From assembly GCA_963820525.1 (NCBI GenBank), contig CAWGAA010000003.1, forward strand, positions 544,001 through 608,000: a DNA stretch of 64,000 bases, read 5' to 3'. Below, piece by piece: positions 47,281 through 59,257 of the stretch; the stretch's first letter is position 1; each line of letters opens with the position of its first letter. This DNA is from an uncultured Spirochaetota bacterium (GTDB taxonomy: Bacteria > Spirochaetota > Spirochaetia > SZUA-6 > Fen-1364). The position numbers and the translations under genes were made by a program. The notes under the pieces were generated by a model that was not told the origin of the DNA, searched no databases, and was given only the letters and a program-made list of their open reading frames with translations.

Positions 47281-48504
47281 ATGGGAGCCAGGGAGATCGA
47301 GGCCAAGAGCGTGCTCCGCAGATTCAAGAAGATCGACTCATGGTTCGTGGCCTCAGCCGGAATGAACCTCTACCGGGGATGCGGGCATGATTGCGCGTAC
47401 TGCGACGGCAGGGCGGAGAAGTACCGGGTGGAAGGCGAGTTTGCCCGGGAGGTCTCGGCAAAGGTGAACGCCCTGGAGGTTCTGGCAGGCGAGCTGGGTC
47501 GAAAGTCCGAGGAAGCACCTTCGACCCCGGAGCTCTGGCCGGAGATTCCACTCCCTGGCGGCCCGGCGGCGCGCGACTCTGCAGGAGGCGCCCGGCGGGG
47601 CTTACCCCGGCGGCGCGGCAATCCCCCCTCCGGCTTCATCCTTGTCGGGGGCGGAGTCGGCGACAGCTACCAGCCTCTGGAGGAGGAGTATCGACTCAGC
47701 AGGGGAGCTCTCGAGCTCCTGTATGAGCGGAACCTGCCCGTTCACGTTCTCACGAAGTCGACCCTCGTGCTGCGGGACGTCGACGTCCTGGCCCGGATCA
47801 ACCGAGGGGCCCGCGCCGTGGTCAGCTTCAGCATCTCTTCAGTTGACGACGAAGCAAGCGCGGTTTTCGAGCCCGGGGTACCTCCTCCGTCGGAGCGCCT
47901 GAAAGCCCTCTCCGTCCTCAAGAGCGCGGGGCTCGTCTGCGGGATATACCTTCTTCCCGTGATCCCATTCGTTTCGGACAGCGGGGCGGCGATCGAAAGC
48001 TCCGTCCGCGCCGCAAAGGAGGCTGGGGCGGACTTCGTCGCCTTCGGCGGCATGACATTGAAGGAAGGAAGACAGAAGGAGCACTTCATGCGCGTCATCT
48101 CCCGGGCGCGGCCCGAGGCGGCCGAAGAATGCCGCCGGCTGTATGCCAACCATGACCCCTGGGGGAACGCGGCAGGAGACTACTATGAACGGATTGGATC
48201 GCTTTTCGCTTCCGCCGCTCGAAAGCATGGAACTCCTCCCCGCATGCCCCTCCCCGTCTTCAGAAACCTTCTCCAGGGAAAAGACCTGGCGATAGTTTTG
48301 CTCGAGCACATCCACGAGATGCTGCGGCTCGAGGGAAAGAGGTCCCGCTTCGGCTGGGCGGCATATCAGGTATCGAAGGCGAAGGGGCCTCTTGCCGGAA
48401 CCCGAGGCGTCGACAGCGCAGCGGCGCGGGCGATAAGGGAGATCCTCGAAACGGGGACATCCACTCTCTACGAGGAGCTCCTTGCGGGCATATCCCGGCC
48501 TTGA
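47281..48504 (+). CDS. Radical SAM protein, spore-photoproduct-lyase-like family
   Basis: NLYRGCGHDCAYC, DSYQP.E, LTKS.LV.RD and FEPG.PPP..RL. Confidence 0.88.
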   Translation: MGAREIEAKSVLRRFKKIDSWFVASAGMNLYRGCGHDCAYCDGRAEKYRVEGEFAREVSAKVNALEVLAGELGRKSEEAPSTPELWPEIPLPGGPAARDSAGGARRGLPRRRGNPPSGFILVGGGVGDSYQPLEEEYRLSRGALELLYERNLPVHVLTKSTLVLRDVDVLARINRGARAVVSFSISSVDDEASAVFEPGVPPPSERLKALSVLKSAGLVCGIYLLPVIPFVSDSGAAIESSVRAAKEAGADFVAFGGMTLKEGRQKEHFMRVISRARPEAAEECRRLYANHDPWGNAAGDYYERIGSLFASAARKHGTPPRMPLPVFRNLLQGKDLAIVLLEHIHEMLRLEGKRSRFGWAAYQVSKAKGPLAGTRGVDSAAARAIREILETGTSTLYEELLAGISRP

Positions 48505-48648
48505 CGGACAGCACAATCCCGGGATGAGCGCACGTGAATCGCACAGTCTTCATGGATGGATGAGATAGTCAGTCAGCTTATGCTCATGTGCAGCTTTTTA
48601 TTGCATCCAAGGAAACCCATTTCCCACACACGGGGCCCTAGACTGCTC

Positions 48649-48678
48649 TTGACATCTCAAGCGGCCCTCGGCTAATAT
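48649..48678 (+). promoter_or_regulatory. Sigma70-like promoter of ilv leader
   Basis: TTGACA-18-TAATAT. Confidence 0.65.
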
Positions 48679-48689
48679 GGCACTCGATC

Positions 48690-48788
48690 ATGAAGGTTGA
48701 AGACCTGCGACAGATACGGCTCGCGCTCGTACTCGGGGTGGTAGTGGTAGTAGTACGCCCATTGCGCGCTGCCGTGTGTGCACCGTAG
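48690..48788 (+). CDS. ilv attenuator leader peptide (32 aa)
   Basis: MKVEDLRQIRLALVLGVVVVVVRPLRAAVCAP: six consecutive Val codons plus Leu/Ile, ending just before a terminator. Confidence 0.85.
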   Translation: MKVEDLRQIRLALVLGVVVVVVRPLRAAVCAP

Positions 48789-48809
48789 GCAAAAGAAGGC
48801 GGCTTTCAT

Positions 48810-48845
48810 AAGCCCCTCCCGGTGACACCGGGAGGGGCTTTTTTT
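48810..48845 (+). terminator. Attenuator intrinsic terminator
   Basis: AAGCCCCTCCCGGT-GAC-ACCGGGAGGGGCTT followed by a T run. Confidence 0.92.
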
Positions 48846-48910
48846 ATTTCGCCCCCGGGCAGGCGGCCGATGTGACCGGCGGAACCAGCGGGCGCAGAGA
48901 AGGAGCCTGT

Positions 48911-50563
<1,653 letters not shown>

Positions 50564-50573
50564 GGAGGGACGC

Positions 50574-50876
50574 ATGAACAGGCTGCCGAGCACAATAGTG
50601 GAGCTTCGGGTGAACAACCACGCCGGAGTCATGTCGCACATCACCGGGCTTTTTTCCCGGCGCGGATTCAACCTGGAGGGCATCCTGTGCGCGCCGGTGA
50701 ACGGCGGAGAAGAAAGCAGGGTATATCTCCTGGTCAACAACGACGACCGCCTGGAGCAGATCGTGAAACAGCTGGGAAAGCTCTACGACGTGCGGTCCGT
50801 CGCCGTGCGGGATGACATCGACCATATGATTTTCAACCGCATAGAGGAGCTCATCGCGGGCGCCGTTGTGGGCTGA
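50574..50876 (+). CDS. ilvN: Acetolactate synthase small (ACT) subunit
   Basis: VNNHAGVMSHITGLFSRRGFNLE and QI.KQL.KL.DV. Confidence 0.93.
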   Translation: MNRLPSTIVELRVNNHAGVMSHITGLFSRRGFNLEGILCAPVNGGEESRVYLLVNNDDRLEQIVKQLGKLYDVRSVAVRDDIDHMIFNRIEELIAGAVVG

Positions 50877-51033
50877 ACACGGGAAGATAGCGCGGCCGCG
50901 GTGTCGTTTTGCTTTGGCTGAGCCCCCGGGGCCACCGGACCCGCGGCCCGCCCGACGCTTGCGGGCCGGGCGCTCTTGCGCTACCATGGCCTCCTCCAGA
51001 ACATCGCTCATTCAATTTCGAGGAGGCCTGAGC

Positions 51034-51951
51034 TTGCGCATCGACGCCTATTGCTATGGGATGGTTGCCCCATCCACGCTCATGCTCTTAGAGAAGTCCT
51101 TCCCCGCACCCAATGAGTATGCCGAGGTGGCCAAGGCCTTTTTCAACATGGCAGGAGAAGCCGTTGCGGGTGCGTGGGTGCTCTCGCGCCTCGGCTACAG
51201 AACCCGGATCGCGGGAAGATGGCTCGCGGATTCATCCATGAGCGACGAGCTCATCGCCTTCCTCTCCAGGGGAGGCATCGACTGCTCGCGGCTGGCCAAA
51301 AAGCCGGGGTACGCCCCCATCGAGGAGACCGTCATCTCGGACGGCCATACCAGAACGATCTTCGGCGGCTATGAAAAGATCCTCTTCAACGAGCGGCAGT
51401 GGGACGAGCCCCTGGGAGAGGACATCACGGCGTCCCGCGTCGCGCTCCTGGATCCCTTTCTCCATGCCGAGTCTTTGAAGGGAGCGGAGCTCTGCGTCAA
51501 GGCGGGCGTCCCCTACGTGACAATCGACGTGGCGCCCGACAGCCCAATAGCTGCAAAGGCCGCCGCGCTCATCGTGTCCGAGGAGCACCTTCTTCGGGAA
51601 TTCCCGGATCGCTCATCATGGCCCGAGGCCTTCGAGGAGTATTGCGCGCGGTGTTCAGGCCTCGTTGCGTTCACCTTCGGCGGCGAGGCCCTCTGGTATT
51701 CTCTTCCGCAAGGCAGAAAGCGCGAACGGCTTGTCATGACGCCTTTCACAGTGGATGTCAGAGACACGACGGGAGCGGGAGACAGCTTCAGGGCCGGGGT
51801 TGCCCACGGAATCCTGGCGGGCCTTGGCTGGGAGAAATCCCTGCAAACTGCCTGCGCCTTGGCGGGGATGGTGTGCGAGCGCTTCCCCGGGGTCCTGGAA
51901 AGCCCGACGCGCGCCGAGCTGGACGCGTTTCTGGACGCCCGCGCGACATGA
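51034..51951 (+). CDS. PfkB family carbohydrate kinase
   Basis: SD AGGAGG plus TTG start; DTTGAGDSFRAG signature. Confidence 0.85.
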   Translation: MRIDAYCYGMVAPSTLMLLEKSFPAPNEYAEVAKAFFNMAGEAVAGAWVLSRLGYRTRIAGRWLADSSMSDELIAFLSRGGIDCSRLAKKPGYAPIEETVISDGHTRTIFGGYEKILFNERQWDEPLGEDITASRVALLDPFLHAESLKGAELCVKAGVPYVTIDVAPDSPIAAKAAALIVSEEHLLREFPDRSSWPEAFEEYCARCSGLVAFTFGGEALWYSLPQGRKRERLVMTPFTVDVRDTTGAGDSFRAGVAHGILAGLGWEKSLQTACALAGMVCERFPGVLESPTRAELDAFLDARAT

Positions 51952-52023
51952 AAAGCCGTAGCACGATCGGCTCGGCTTCGTGTACATTGAAGCCGGACTG
52001 AAACTCGAGCTGGAGGGCGAACC

Positions 52024-52965
52024 ATGGATAAAAGGAAACGGGTGCTTGCGGCGCTGGAAGGAAAAATGGATTCGATCGACAGGCCGCCCGTCTCCGTGTG
52101 GTATCATTTCGGCATCGCCTTCCTGGGCGGAAAGAGGATCGGCGAGCTTCAGGCTGATTACTTCCGCGCCTTCGACCTGGACTTCCTCAAGATGATGAAC
52201 GACTTCCCCTGGCCTCTCCCCTCGGGGCTTTCATCCATAGAGACCCCCGAGGAGCTGGGGCGCTTCGGCCGCTTCACCATGGAAGAACATTCCATGCAGG
52301 AGCAGCTGGCCGCGCTTCAGAGGGCGGTCCAGCTCGTGGGCGGCGAAGCATTCGTCGTCGACACTGTCTTCAATCCCTTCGGCGTCGCGCGGCGAACATT
52401 GAAAAAGAAGGCCATGCCCTTTCTGCGCGAAGAGCCCGGGAGAATGCTGGACTGGCTGGCCCAGTGCGCTGAAAACCTGTCCGCCTACGTGCGAGCCGCC
52501 GCGAAAACGGGGATCGGCGGCATCTTCTACTCCGTCAACGGCGCGGACCGGGACACCCTGAGCGATGACGAGTTCAACCGATTCGTGAAGCCCTTCGACC
52601 TCCAGGTGCTCGAGGCGGCCAAATCGGCGGGGCCTCTTCTCATCGGTCATATCCACGGCCCCAACCTTGTCATGCAGCGGGTGCTCTCCTACCCCGTTGC
52701 CGCCCTCAACTGGTCCCACCTTCACGACAACGAGAGCCTTGCCGCGATGAGAAAGCGAGCCGGCACGTGCTTCATCGGCGGAATGGACGAAATGGGGACT
52801 TCCCATCTCACGCCCCGGGAGATCATCGCCTCCGTGCGCTGGGCCGCTGAAGAGTCGCGCGGAGGCGGCTTCATGGCAGGGCCCGGCTGCGCCATCCCGT
52901 CGGACACGGCCCCCGAGCTCGTTCGCGCCGCTCGCGAGGCCGTTGAGACGATGAAAAAGCGCTAA
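52024..52965 (+). CDS. Uroporphyrinogen decarboxylase/MtaA-CmuA superfamily protein
   Basis: R...AL.G...DRPPVSVW.HF, HIHG, GGMDE and GPGCAIP. Confidence 0.8.
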   Translation: MDKRKRVLAALEGKMDSIDRPPVSVWYHFGIAFLGGKRIGELQADYFRAFDLDFLKMMNDFPWPLPSGLSSIETPEELGRFGRFTMEEHSMQEQLAALQRAVQLVGGEAFVVDTVFNPFGVARRTLKKKAMPFLREEPGRMLDWLAQCAENLSAYVRAAAKTGIGGIFYSVNGADRDTLSDDEFNRFVKPFDLQVLEAAKSAGPLLIGHIHGPNLVMQRVLSYPVAALNWSHLHDNESLAAMRKRAGTCFIGGMDEMGTSHLTPREIIASVRWAAEESRGGGFMAGPGCAIPSDTAPELVRAAREAVETMKKR

Positions 52966-53009
52966 CCCCTCCCCATTCCGGCGCCCGCTGCAAGCTTGAT
53001 CTCTGGCGC

Positions 53010-54716
53010 CTCCACCTGTACATCCCTCGTACGCGCCGCCCGCCTCCATGGCGAACTCCAACAGGTCCGCGACGCGAATGCCGGTTTCTTCCATGGCCGC
53101 CGAGTCGGCGAACATGGAGAGGCAGTACGGGCACGAGGTGAGAAGCACGTCCACTCCCTTGGCCTTCACCTGGGCGATCTTCAGAAGCGAGATCCGGCTG
53201 TCCCTGTCCTCCTCGGCTGAAGCGCACCCTCCGCCGCCGCCGCAGCACAGAGTCTCGGCCCCCTCGGAGTCAAGCGTTACGGCCGTGACCTCGGGTCGAG
53301 CCAGGAGGAGGAACTCCCGCGGCTGCTCGAAGACTCCGCAGAGCCGCGCGAGATAGCAGGAGTCGTGATAGGCCACCTTTGGTTTCGGTTTGCCGTTTCC
53401 ATTCCCGTCCCCGCCGTTGAATGCGTCGCCCGCCAGCTCGGGCAGAATTTCCGTATAATGGAAGGCGTTCACTTTCACGCCGAAGTCGGGATACTCATTT
53501 CTCAATGAAGCGCGGCAATGGGGACAAAGGGGATGACCGGGACATTTCCTATTCCGGTGAAAAAGCCGGGAGTTCCTCTCGACCATTTCACGGAAGAGAT
53601 ATTCATCACCTATCCGCCTCGCCATGTCTCCGCAGCAGGATTCAGTCTCGAATGCAGCTATCTTTTTGCCGGCCCGCCTCACGAGGGCGGACAGCGCCAT
53701 CACGGCTTTGCGCATCCTCGGATCGAAGGCGCCATAGCATCCCAGCCACACCAGGTAATCGCAATCGTCTGCCGACGCCAATAGGGGAATGGAAGCTGCC
53801 TTCAGCAGATCCAGGCGGACTTTTCCATCCATCCCGAAAATGCTTCCCTTCCTCTCGCAGTTCTTCAGCACGGCTCTCCACTGCGGAAGGGCCTCCCCCT
53901 CCTCGAGGAGCCTTTTCCTGCGAAGGGCGGAGATGCGGTCCACCTTGCGGATGAACAGGGGGCAGGCGGTCTCGCAGGCGTAGCAGTTCGTGCAGTCATC
54001 CGCCATCGCGCGGATATCCTTCGAAACCTTTTCATCCCCGCCACGACTCATCGCGGCGTTCATCAGGTCCCTCTGGGCCTCAGTCAGCCGCATGGGAGAG
54101 AGCTGCTTTCCCACGAGGCTCGCGGGACAGGCTTCATCGCACAGGCCGCAGGAGACGCACGCGTCGGCTTCCAGCCTCTGCGCGCGGGAGAGATCCTCCA
54201 GCCCCCCGAGGCCTATCCGGATCCCCTCGACAGATCCCGATGCGACCGCCTCCTCTACCCCACGGTCCTTGGGAAGCGTTCCCGTCATCCGGGGGATGCC
54301 CTGACGCTTCACGGCGAAGAAAACGATCATGTGGAACAGCTTGGTTCTGGTAGGATGCTTCCCGCCATGAGGGCCGCGCCCCCCATCACAAAGCCCGCAA
54401 ACGTCAGAAGCGAGATGATGGGAGAAGCGGCGGCCATAAAAGGCGCATTCTCGAGAGCCGAGAAGAGATGGCCAAGAGCTCCGGCCAAGAATCCCATTAC
54501 GGAAAGCCGGTGGCAGACCATGGAGAGCCTGTCCTGTCCCATGCGCTTGTCGGACAGAGAATCGACTTCCGCGGATGAAAGGAGCTCGCCGCTCGGCCGC
54601 TCTCCGGCGCCTCTTGCATGAAGCGCGAAGCGTCGTACGACGAACACCATGCTGGATACGAGCGAAGCCGCGGCAATGGAAGAGCCGGCCAGACGGGCAA
54701 TTGCGAATATACTCAT
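53010..54716 (-). pseudogene. Membrane (Fe-S)/CCG-domain oxidoreductase (HdrD/FadF-like), disrupted
   Basis: CVSCGLCDEACP, CTNCYACETACP, CCG, YHDSC, CCGGGGG and CPYC. Frameshift near 54350. No stop before the convergent gene. 3' end approximate. Confidence 0.7.
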
Positions 54717-54823
54717 GCCGGAAAAATAGCAGGCGGCGCGGATCTCGTCGTCCGAACCTATCCCTTCGGACAAACTTCCGCCGTTCCTTGATTCCCGGCC
54801 GCCCCTTTCCGTAGAATCGGGGT

Positions 54824-56010
54824 ATGGAGGCAGTTGACAGCCTGAGGCTCATCTTCGCCATATCCGCAACGACGCTGGGCATCTTCCTGTCGCTGTTCTT
54901 CTTCTTCCGGCCGCATGCCAACAGAACAGCGGACCTTCTCCTGGGCGGGGTTTTCGCCTGCATCGCCTTGAGCCAGGCCTCGTTCCTGGCCACTCCCCAG
55001 CTCTTCCTCTCAACGCTCCCCCACCTTTCCCGCCTCGGCTATCCCGCCCTCACCCTGATGGCCGCTCTCCTCTTCTCCTATGTGAGAAGCCTCACCGAGC
55101 CGGAGTATCGATTCGGGGCGCGGGATCTGGTGCACGGCCTCGGGTTCTTCACGCTCCTCGCCGCTTTTTCGCCCTAGTTATTTCCGCTCGGCTCGCTTCA
55201 AGATCGAGCATCCCTCTATGGAGAACCTCGGCCCTATTTCGAGTCCCTGAACACGTACGTCTGGTATGCCATCCTCGCCTATGTCCTGGGCTATCTGATC
55301 GCGATCTTCGTTCTTGTTTCGCGGCATCAGAAGAGGATCAAGGAGACCTTCTCCAACATCAGGAGAATCCGGCTGTCGTGGCTTCGGTATTTCGTTGTCG
55401 TCAGCGGGGCGTGCTGGCTCGTCGTGATCCTCATCACTCTGTTCGACGTCTTCGGCCTGAGCAGGGAGCTGTACAAGGATATCGTGCCGGGCCTGATAAC
55501 GCTCTTCCTGTTTTTCATCGGGTTTCGGGCCATCACTCAGCCCGAAATCTACCAACAGCGCGGGGGCTCCGACTCCGCTCTGAAGAAGGGAGAGCCGCTG
55601 GACGAGGGGAAGATCAGGAGATACGAGGATCTCCTGTACAAATCGATGGGAGAGCTGCGGTTGTACGCCGATCCCGACTTGAGCCTCCCGGCGCTGGCTG
55701 AACGCCTCTCGATTCCCCGCAATGACCTCTCCTACATCATCAATAAAAAGACGGGGGGAACTTCTTCGATTTCATCAATTCCTACCGCGCGGAGGAAGTA
55801 AAGCGCCTGCTCTTGAGGTCGGACAAGGACAATCTCACGCTGCTCGCCATCGCGCTGGAGGCGGGTTTCAACTCGAAGGCGACGTTCAATGCCGTATTCA
55901 AGGCGCTCGCGAAATGCACGCCTTCACAGTTCAAGAAAGCGGCGCGCCGCGAAAAAGCCGGAAGCCCGCAAGCCGTGTCTACAGAGAAGGCGGACCGAAA
56001 GCGGCCATGA
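54824..56010 (+). pseudogene. Membrane-anchored AraC family regulator, disrupted
   Basis: In-frame TAG at 55175-55177 with the frame continuing after it. One-base deletion at the G6 run (55753-55758) before NFFDFINSYR..IALEAGFNSKATFN. Confidence 0.8.
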
Positions 56011-56671
56011 CCCAGAGCAGACCGTGAGCGAGGAACGGCGCGATGATGCTCCTGTCCCTGCCGCGAAGGATGCCCAGGACGAGTCCCGCTATGAAGGCTG
56101 AGGCGAAAGAGAGAGGATTCGACGCATACCCCAAATGCGCGAGGCTGAAGAGGCCTGCCTGGAGGGGAATGGCGATCCACAGCGACATCCGCTGGGCAAG
56201 CAGCGGCTGGAGATATCCCCTGTAGAGATTCTCTTCGACCCAGGCGGGAATGCCGAATGCGAAGAACACGGCAAGGAGCAGAGTGGGAACACCCGGCAGG
56301 CTGAAGGGGGGCCGCCCGACGTTTCCCGAGATGAAGGCCCATGCCAGGACGTTGAGGAACAGGAGAAGGAACCCCAGGATCCCCTTCCCGACCGCGGCCA
56401 TCCATCCCCTGCCCGTCCACCCGAGATCCGCCCACGGGGTGCGGGTGAAGCGCACGATCCCGAAGCCGATCATGCCGACTGAAAACACGATGAAAGAGAC
56501 GGCGAGAAAGACGGCGAATGGGAGAGTGGCGTGGAAGTCGAGGGAGCCGAACCATCGCCGCCAGAGGGTTGCCTGGAGCGCCCGCAGAACGCACAACGAA
56601 ACGACGAGGGTGATTCCCCATGCGACGCGTGCTTCCCAGCGCCATGTCCCTTCCGTGACGCCTTTGCTCAA
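55979..56671 (-). CDS. CPBP/Abi (CAAX protease-like) intramembrane metalloprotease
   Basis: EENLYRG, FSLAH and AH motifs. Start uncertain. Confidence 0.85.
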   Translation of the reverse strand: MSKGVTEGTWRWEARVAWGITLVVSLCVLRALQATLWRRWFGSLDFHATLPFAVFLAVSFIVFSVGMIGFGIVRFTRTPWADLGWTGRGWMAAVGKGILGFLLLFLNVLAWAFISGNVGRPPFSLPGVPTLLLAVFFAFGIPAWVEENLYRGYLQPLLAQRMSLWIAIPLQAGLFSLAHLGYASNPLSFASAFIAGLVLGILRGRDRSIIAPFLAHGLLWVMAAFGPPSL

Positions 56672-56777
56672 GCTCGACCCCTTTTATCATTCGTTATACT
56701 ACGAACGGTGAGCAGACGCAATGCGCTTGCATTGCGTGGTCTCTTCGTGCATCATCGGCAGACTCGGAGCCTGAAGA

Positions 56778-58154
56778 ATGGACCAGATCCATAGGGAAAT
56801 AAGCCTCAAACACATGCTCGCCATCGCATTGCCCATGATCGTCTCGCAGGCATCCGAGACAGTCATGCTCTTCATGAACCGCTGGTCCGTCTCGTTCCTC
56901 GGGGCGGATCACATCCCCGCCTCCATGAGCGGTGGACTCTCCCAATATGTATTCACATGCTTTTTCATGGGGATCACTGGCTACGTCAACGCTATGGCGG
57001 CCCAATATTACGGCGCCCGGCGCGAGGAGCGCTGCGTGCAGGTGGCCTCCCAGGGCTTCTGGCTCACCCTCGCCTTCTACCCCCTTCTTCTCCTGCTCAT
57101 CCCGATAGGGCACCGGCTTTTCATCTGGGCGGGACACAGCTCGCGGCAGGTGACCCTGGAGTTCTCCTATTACAGGATCCTGATGCTCGGCTCCTTCCTC
57201 TTTCTGGTTCAGAGCGTCCTCACCGGCTACTTCGTCGGCCTGGGAAAGACCAGGGTGGTGATGATCTCAAGTCTCCTGGGGATCCTCGCCAACATTCCCC
57301 TGACCTGGTGCCTTGTCTTCGGCCTCTTCGGGCTTCCCCGGCTGGGCCTGGAAGGCGCGGCCCTGGGCACTCTTGGCGGAACGTTTTTCATCGTCGTTGT
57401 TCTCTTTGTGGCGTACTTCAGGAGCCCCATCTACCGCGCGCATGGCGGCATCCGGGAATGGGCCCCCAGGCGGGAGCTTCTGGCACGGCTTCTGCGCTTC
57501 GGCCTTCCCGCGGGCGGAGAGTCCTTCATCAACGTCTTCGCGTTCAACGCCTTTGTCCAGCTCATGCACTCGTACGGCCCCGGAGTGGCCACGGCGGTGA
57601 CCATCACGTTCAACTACGACCTGGTGGCCTTCATCCCCATGCTCGGGGTAGGAGCGGCCACCACCGCCATGGTCGGCCAGAGGATGGGAGCCGGAGACTC
57701 CACGGGCGCCCGCCGCGTGGCATTCCTCGGACTTCGTGTTGCCTGGGCGTACGGCCTGGCCATGGTGATTGCCTTCCTTGCCGGGGCGCCGCTCCTGGTC
57801 CGCTTCTTCTCCGGCGGTTTCACTGCCGAAGACCAGGCCATCCTCCCCCTTGCCCAGACCCTGCTTCGCCTCGCGGCACTCTACACATTCGCGGATGCAA
57901 CGCAGGTCGTGTTCGCAGGGGCCCTCCGGGGCGCCGGGGATACGCGCTGGGTAATGATTATCTCCGGCATGCTGCACTGGACCATGGCCGTGGGGGCCTT
58001 CCTGTTCATCAGGGTCCTCGCGCTCCCCCCCGTCGCGGTGTGGCTCTTCTTCATCCTATTCGTGATCTCCCTCGGGGTGTCCATGTTCCTGCGCCACCGT
58101 CAGGGGAAATGGATGAGCATCCACCTGATGGAGAGCCCGGTTCCCGCCATGTAA
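56778..58154 (+). CDS. MATE family efflux transporter
   Basis: ALPM, AQYYGA, G.GKT, LGLEGAA, GQRMGA and GALRGAGDT. Confidence 0.93.
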   Translation: MDQIHREISLKHMLAIALPMIVSQASETVMLFMNRWSVSFLGADHIPASMSGGLSQYVFTCFFMGITGYVNAMAAQYYGARREERCVQVASQGFWLTLAFYPLLLLLIPIGHRLFIWAGHSSRQVTLEFSYYRILMLGSFLFLVQSVLTGYFVGLGKTRVVMISSLLGILANIPLTWCLVFGLFGLPRLGLEGAALGTLGGTFFIVVVLFVAYFRSPIYRAHGGIREWAPRRELLARLLRFGLPAGGESFINVFAFNAFVQLMHSYGPGVATAVTITFNYDLVAFIPMLGVGAATTAMVGQRMGAGDSTGARRVAFLGLRVAWAYGLAMVIAFLAGAPLLVRFFSGGFTAEDQAILPLAQTLLRLAALYTFADATQVVFAGALRGAGDTRWVMIISGMLHWTMAVGAFLFIRVLALPPVAVWLFFILFVISLGVSMFLRHRQGKWMSIHLMESPVPAM

Positions 58155-58203
58155 CCGCAAGAATCGGGTTGCGGCCGGCGGGATTCCATTGGAAACTCAT
58201 TCC

Positions 58204-59079
58204 ATGGAGCCTCTCGACATCCTTCTCCTCCTGGCGCTTTCAGCAATCTGGGGGAGCTCCTTCATGTTCATGCGGTATCTCTCGCCCCTGGTGGGGCCCA
58301 TCGCCACGGCGGACCTTCGGCTGCTGATCGCCGGGGTGGCTCTCATGCTGTTCTTCCTCGTCATCGGCTTCAAGGCCGAGTGGAGGAAGAACTGGAAACA
58401 CTTCTTCGTCATCGGCCTTCTGAACTCAGGGATACCGTTTCTCCTGTATTCGTTCGCCGCCCTGTCCCTCCCCGCTTCCATCGAGGTGATCTTCAACTCC
58501 CTTTCACCCATGTTCGGCGCGGTCTTCTCGGCGCTCTGGCTCAAGGAGAGACTCTCGACCCGAAAGGTCTCGGGGCTCTTCTTGGGGATATGCGGCGTGC
58601 TCCTGATCACGAGCCTGGAAGGCCTTGCAGCCTCGCGAAGCTCCGCCATCGCGGCGCTCGCCTGCCTGCTGGCTCCCGCATGCTACGGCCTGGCCGGAGT
58701 CTATATCGCGCGGAGGGCGAAGGGCGTGAAGCCGATGGCGATCGCGGGAGGAAGCCAGCTCCTGGCCGGTGTCATTCTGGCTCCTCTGATCGCAGCGGCC
58801 CCTCCCGCCATGCCGGTGAGCCTCGGCGTCGGCGGAGTCATCGTGGCGTTCGCGCTTTTGTGCAGCGCCGTCGCCTACCTCATCTACTACGGGCTGATCG
58901 CGAGGGTCGGCCCCACAAAAGCCCTCACGGTCACGTTCCTGATGCCCGCGTTCGGGATGCTCTGGGGAGCCGTCATCCTTGGGGAGCGGATCACCTGGAT
59001 CATGGTTGCCGGCGTGCTCGTGATCCTGGCGGGGACTTTCCTGGTCGCGGTCTCGCATCGGGCGGCTCAGAAGGCGTGA
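58204..59079 (+). CDS. DMT/EamA family transporter
   Basis: IWGSSF, two EamA repeats and GP.KA..VTFL.P. Confidence 0.93.
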   Translation: MEPLDILLLLALSAIWGSSFMFMRYLSPLVGPIATADLRLLIAGVALMLFFLVIGFKAEWRKNWKHFFVIGLLNSGIPFLLYSFAALSLPASIEVIFNSLSPMFGAVFSALWLKERLSTRKVSGLFLGICGVLLITSLEGLAASRSSAIAALACLLAPACYGLAGVYIARRAKGVKPMAIAGGSQLLAGVILAPLIAAAPPAMPVSLGVGGVIVAFALLCSAVAYLIYYGLIARVGPTKALTVTFLMPAFGMLWGAVILGERITWIMVAGVLVILAGTFLVAVSHRAAQKA

Positions 59080-59257
59080 AGACGGCCTCGAGAGGGGCAG
59101 GGTCGGGCCGCTCATACTCGATGCCGAAGCGCGATTGACAGGATCAGCCATGCGGACGATCATTTGGGCTGGTAGGAGGCAAGGGTTTCGGAGGCGCTGA
59201 AGATACTTGATGTCGACGGGTGGTAGTTGGCACAAACGTCCCCCATCCACTGGCCAA

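Noticed and set aside
52231..54993. 920-aa ORF as a single giant protein
   Set aside because: Only the middle is Fe-S oxidoreductase. The ends are antisense read-through over the URO-D-like and AraC genes.
55175..55177. In-frame TAG as pyrrolysine or recoding
   Set aside because: The same gene also has a frameshift, no pyl genes are in the window, and TAG is used as a normal stop elsewhere (e.g. mgtA, both BMC-H genes).
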